A stretch of DNA of 64,000 nt, from contig OZ037772.1 in NCBI GenBank assembly GCA_964035545.1, positions 4,778,233 to 4,842,232 on the forward strand, in the 5' to 3' direction. Positions 59,888 through 64,000 of the stretch are shown here, one piece after another. Source of the stretch: Bugula neritina (taxonomy: Eukaryota > Animalia > Bryozoa). The notes beneath the pieces were generated by a model. The model was not told where the DNA came from. It made no database searches and saw only the letters and a list, made by a program, of their open reading frames with translations. A program made the position numbers and the translations under genes. Position 1 is the first letter of the stretch. The number at the start of each line of letters is the position of its first letter.

Positions 59888-61878
59888 CAATAAAATTAAC
59901 AATTGCATAAATTTTTTAGTTCCTAAATTTACTCAGAGTGTCTTAGATGTCACTATGCAAAGTTAAGTTATGGCAGTTGTAGCTTGCAAACATTTTGTGC
60001 TCTATAAACATTTATTATATGTTCAAAGATTTTCTCTGTGTTATTAAAACAGAAAAAAACAGCTTAATAAGTAACATTTAGCTTAAAGCATTAGCATCTA
60101 TTTTCCAGATTTTTTGAAGATAAGCTATTTGGTATATACTAGACCTAATTTAGCTATTGAGATTTATTTACACTTACTATATATCATATATAGCCTGTGT
60201 TATTTACACTTATCTTACATTTTCCTAATTTTCGAATATTATAATCTTCAACTTACTGAGAAAAATTAGTTTCTAATAATTTATTAAATAAAAGACTTGG
60301 TGCCCGGCTTACAGCTGCCATCAAAAAGCATTAAGAAAATGTCAACAAAAAGAGTATATATATATACAAAAGACGCATCACTCAATCGTACACACAACAA
60401 CCTGATGATCAGAGTCAATAAAATGAATATATAAGTTTATTTCATATCTAAAATTATATCAGTACCAAATATAAATAGCCTACTCAATTTTTCAAAACTT
60501 CGAGATCTTTTGATTCATTTTTTAATTGTAGAAATTTTACAGCTTATTTTTAAGAATTGCAAGAACTACTTGAATGGTATTAAGAAGATATCAAGAGAAT
60601 CTATTAACCTAGAGTAAATTTATATGCTCATTGAGTACTGCATAAGCCTGCTGACAACATTTTTTTTAGGCAATTTGCTTACAAGAGGTAAAAAAAGTAT
60701 TTGTACAAATTTATAACATCTAGTATAACAAAATGATCAGGCTAGTTACGGAAAGCAGTATAGAGGACTGGTACAGCAGCATATTGTATTAAAATGAACT
60801 TTGATGTAGAGAGATGACAACTCTGGTTAGCAACCTATTATTTCAATTAATATTGATTGGCAGAACTAGCTGCTTTTATAAATTGCTCTGAGCTAAATTA
60901 TTTATATTGCATAATATGCTAAAAAAGCGAAGTGTAAACAATGATATTATTTACTTTCCAATTAAACCAAAACACTATTAAAGAGTTAGTATGTTTAATA
61001 ATGTCATTTGACATGAGAAGACAACTACATAATCATCCGGTGTTCTGTCTAATTGTCATAATTACATAAAGTAAACTGCAAACTACAAACAAATAATGGT
61101 AATCAATTTACATCCTAAGGTAATAAATCAATTTGATTTCCCGTTAATTTTACTTTATGTTGAGTCAAAATTATATACATGAAAATCTATTCTAAACATG
61201 CCAGAAAATTTTAAGATAGTAATTGATTTTATGGGAAATAACTCTTCACTTTTCACTATTAGTTATGTAATATTTCATCAATAAATCACTCCAAGCTAAA
61301 CTAAGAAGGTAGTGGTATATACACAAACCCTTAACAATACAACACTATTTATTATCGCGCTTCTTAGAAACAACTTGGCTTAATTAATACTCGAGAGAAC
61401 TTTATATAAATTATTGAATGGTTCAAAATGTAATTATATCCCTAGAAGAATGTAGTTTATATATTATATATCTTTTTGTGAATTGTGTTATGTTTTGTAT
61501 TTCAATATTAAATACTTAAAATTTAGAGAGAGTAGAGATTGTGAGCCTATAGCGACTCTAAATATACCAGCGTAAATGAACCAACTATATTGGGTGATAG
61601 AGAGAGTAGAGTATGTGAGGTGCAGAGTGAATGACTAACTTATAAGCAATCCGCACACAATTAACCAGCATGCAGAGCACTGGAGCATTAAATTGAAAGA
61701 TGCACTACAAATAAAATGAGACCATTTTTCTAAATTCTTATCCAAGTTAAATTATAATTAAAATGTAGAATTATACCAAATAATACACCATAAATTATAT
61801 ACCGTACATATTAAACAATAAAACTTAAAGCAGTGTACACCAATGCTGCCTTTGTAATATTGTATATATAATATTTTG

Positions 61879-62070
<192 letters not shown>

Positions 62071-62529
62071 GTATGTATTGTATGTATTCTGATATATGGA
62101 CAGCAGCTGTTTTGGCATTTCTCCTCTCATCAGTACAAAACAGAATATTGTGGCTCCTGACTTTGCAATATTAGAGTTACGTTAGTATTGAAGTTGCTTC
62201 AAAAGTTTTTGTAGGCGATGTTATTAATATATAGCTTAGTAATCTACAGATAAATATAAAAAATCGAATCTGAATTAATGAATAGCAAATTTTCAATCCA
62301 ATAAAAAGTTATTAAATTATGCACACCTAGTTAATTTTATTCAGACATTTTTCATAAAGAAAGTATAATAAACAAAATTGTTCAAATTGCAATTTTATGC
62401 TTGGTTTTATTAAATTTTGTTATTGTTTTGGTTTTTCCAGTTCGTAAGCAGTCGCTTTGAGGTTGCTAATTGAAATGACTGATTCTATATTGAGAATTTT
62501 GGTCTCCTATCACTTTGAACGACTTTTTA

Positions 62530-63560
62530 GAATAGAAAATGCACTTAAAATGCTATTGACTAGTTAATTCAAGAGAAAAAACTTTTGTCACTCATTGGTA
62601 ATTAAATAAAACCTATTACCAAAAGTTGAAGGCAAATTTCACAATAATTTCAAACAAGCCGTATTATTATGTAAATTTGAAGGTGGTAGCTTAAAGGTTA
62701 ATAAAGGAGACCCAAAGCTTTTATCTGCCTTTCTTGACATCATCCAAGAAACCTGGAATATTGCTACAGTTCTTCAAAAAAAAACATTAAATAAAATATG
62801 CCTTTGTGCATAATATCCATTGATGTTACTAACGCCGTTGACAATGTTGACTGGACTACTCTGTGGAAGATGCTCTTGAGGCTGAGATCTCCAGATCAAA
62901 TTTTGCATTGCATCACTGATAAAATAATACCGTAAAAGAAGAGGCTCTAAAGCTATTCATATGTCAAAAGAAATTGTTTTTATTCTAACTCTACAAAACA
63001 GTTACCTTCATTTCAAAACTATAAACATGAAAGTTTGCAATTTAAACTTTGAAATCTGGCATTTTCTAGGAATTTTCTCAAAGCTTAGAGCAATGTGCAT
63101 ATACAAATGAATAAATTGTCAGAATTTTTTAGTTTTTTGATTTACTCATGTAAAATGTCCTAGGTGTCACTATTGCAAAAGATATGCTAGCAATTGTGGC
63201 TTATAACAAAAACATTTTGTGCTCTATAAAAATGAACAATAATTTAATAATACAGAAAAACAGCCTAATCAGTAACACTTAGCTTAAAGCATTAGCAAAT
63301 ATTTTTCTGATTTTTTAAAGATGATCCATTCAGTATATACTAAAACAATTTAGCTAACCGAATTGATTTAAACTTACTACATATATATCGCCTGTGACCT
63401 TTACACTTATCTTTTATTTTCTTGGTGATCTAATATTATATATAACTTTCAGCATATAACTGAGAAAATCTGGTTTCTCATGAATTGATAAATCAAAAAC
63501 TTAATGCCTGGCCTACAGCTGCAATTAAAAACTCAATCAAAACCATTCAGAAGTGTCAAC
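62530..63560. repeat. Diverged duplicate of ~57985-60350 without the MITE, microsatellites and hammerhead insert
   Basis: Shared blocks aaatgctatt(a/g)actagtt, ggagacccaaagctttta, actactctgtggaagatgctc, acattttgtgctctataaa, tagcttaaagcattagca and tacagctgc. Confidence 0.75.
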
Positions 63561-64000
63561 ATAATGTTAAACTTATGATAACCAGTGATGTTCTTAGGAC
63601 TAGCAAATTTCCCGGGTAACTTATAAAATTGTTGGTATAGCGTACCCATTATTATACTTGAAGTACACATAGTTAATCTGACATAAACAGTCTATTATAT
63701 AGAGCTGTATAGTATTTTATATACTCATCTAGGGTTTCACTGTTTTTCAAACTTTAATAGGTTTGTTGTTTTAAATTATGATTCATGTTTTTAGCATATC
63801 TACATGTATAGGTTTGTTTTAGTGTCATTGATTATTATATTCTACTTTATTAAATTGGACTGGATTTTAATTGTAAACCTGCTTGGAAATATGCTCCTAT
63901 AACAAGCGTTTTGCATGCTGTCTAAATTTGAAAATTTGTCAAAAAGCCGTACAGGTAGTGATTGAGTTTATCACAAGTAGCTATTATTTATATAATTGTA

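Overview
This is AT-rich, intron-containing animal (invertebrate-type) genomic DNA; the taxon cannot be fixed from the sequence. By splicing exons by hand I recover a cell-death/innate-immunity-like cluster that the ORF track only shows in fragments. (1) Two divergently transcribed, head-to-head Bcl-2-family genes (539-2960 minus; 4662-8827 plus) share the same exon phases and have no obvious C-terminal membrane anchor. (2) A large plus-strand gene encodes an LRR-ROC-COR-caspase fusion. Its LRR region is a tandem array of eleven near-identical, phase-symmetric 141-nt exons (28070-37928), each encoding two LRRs. Variation concentrates on predicted concave-face residues, two exons are disabled, and the introns show exon loss and sequence exchange between copies. 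The LRR-ROC-COR exon (41749-43670) and seven further exons (to 46305) are intact, with a His/Cys dyad. (3) A rhodopsin-like GPCR with a single coding exon (55637-56599 minus) lies in a tandemly duplicated region. The rest is transposon-rich: two degenerate Ty3/Gypsy elements, Rex-Babar and RTE LINEs, six copies of a ~750-bp CAC..GTG MITE, a pogo-like MITE, tRNA-derived SINEs, a Penelope element with an inverted repeat and a hammerhead ribozyme, a second hammerhead embedded in (TA)n, and microsatellites.
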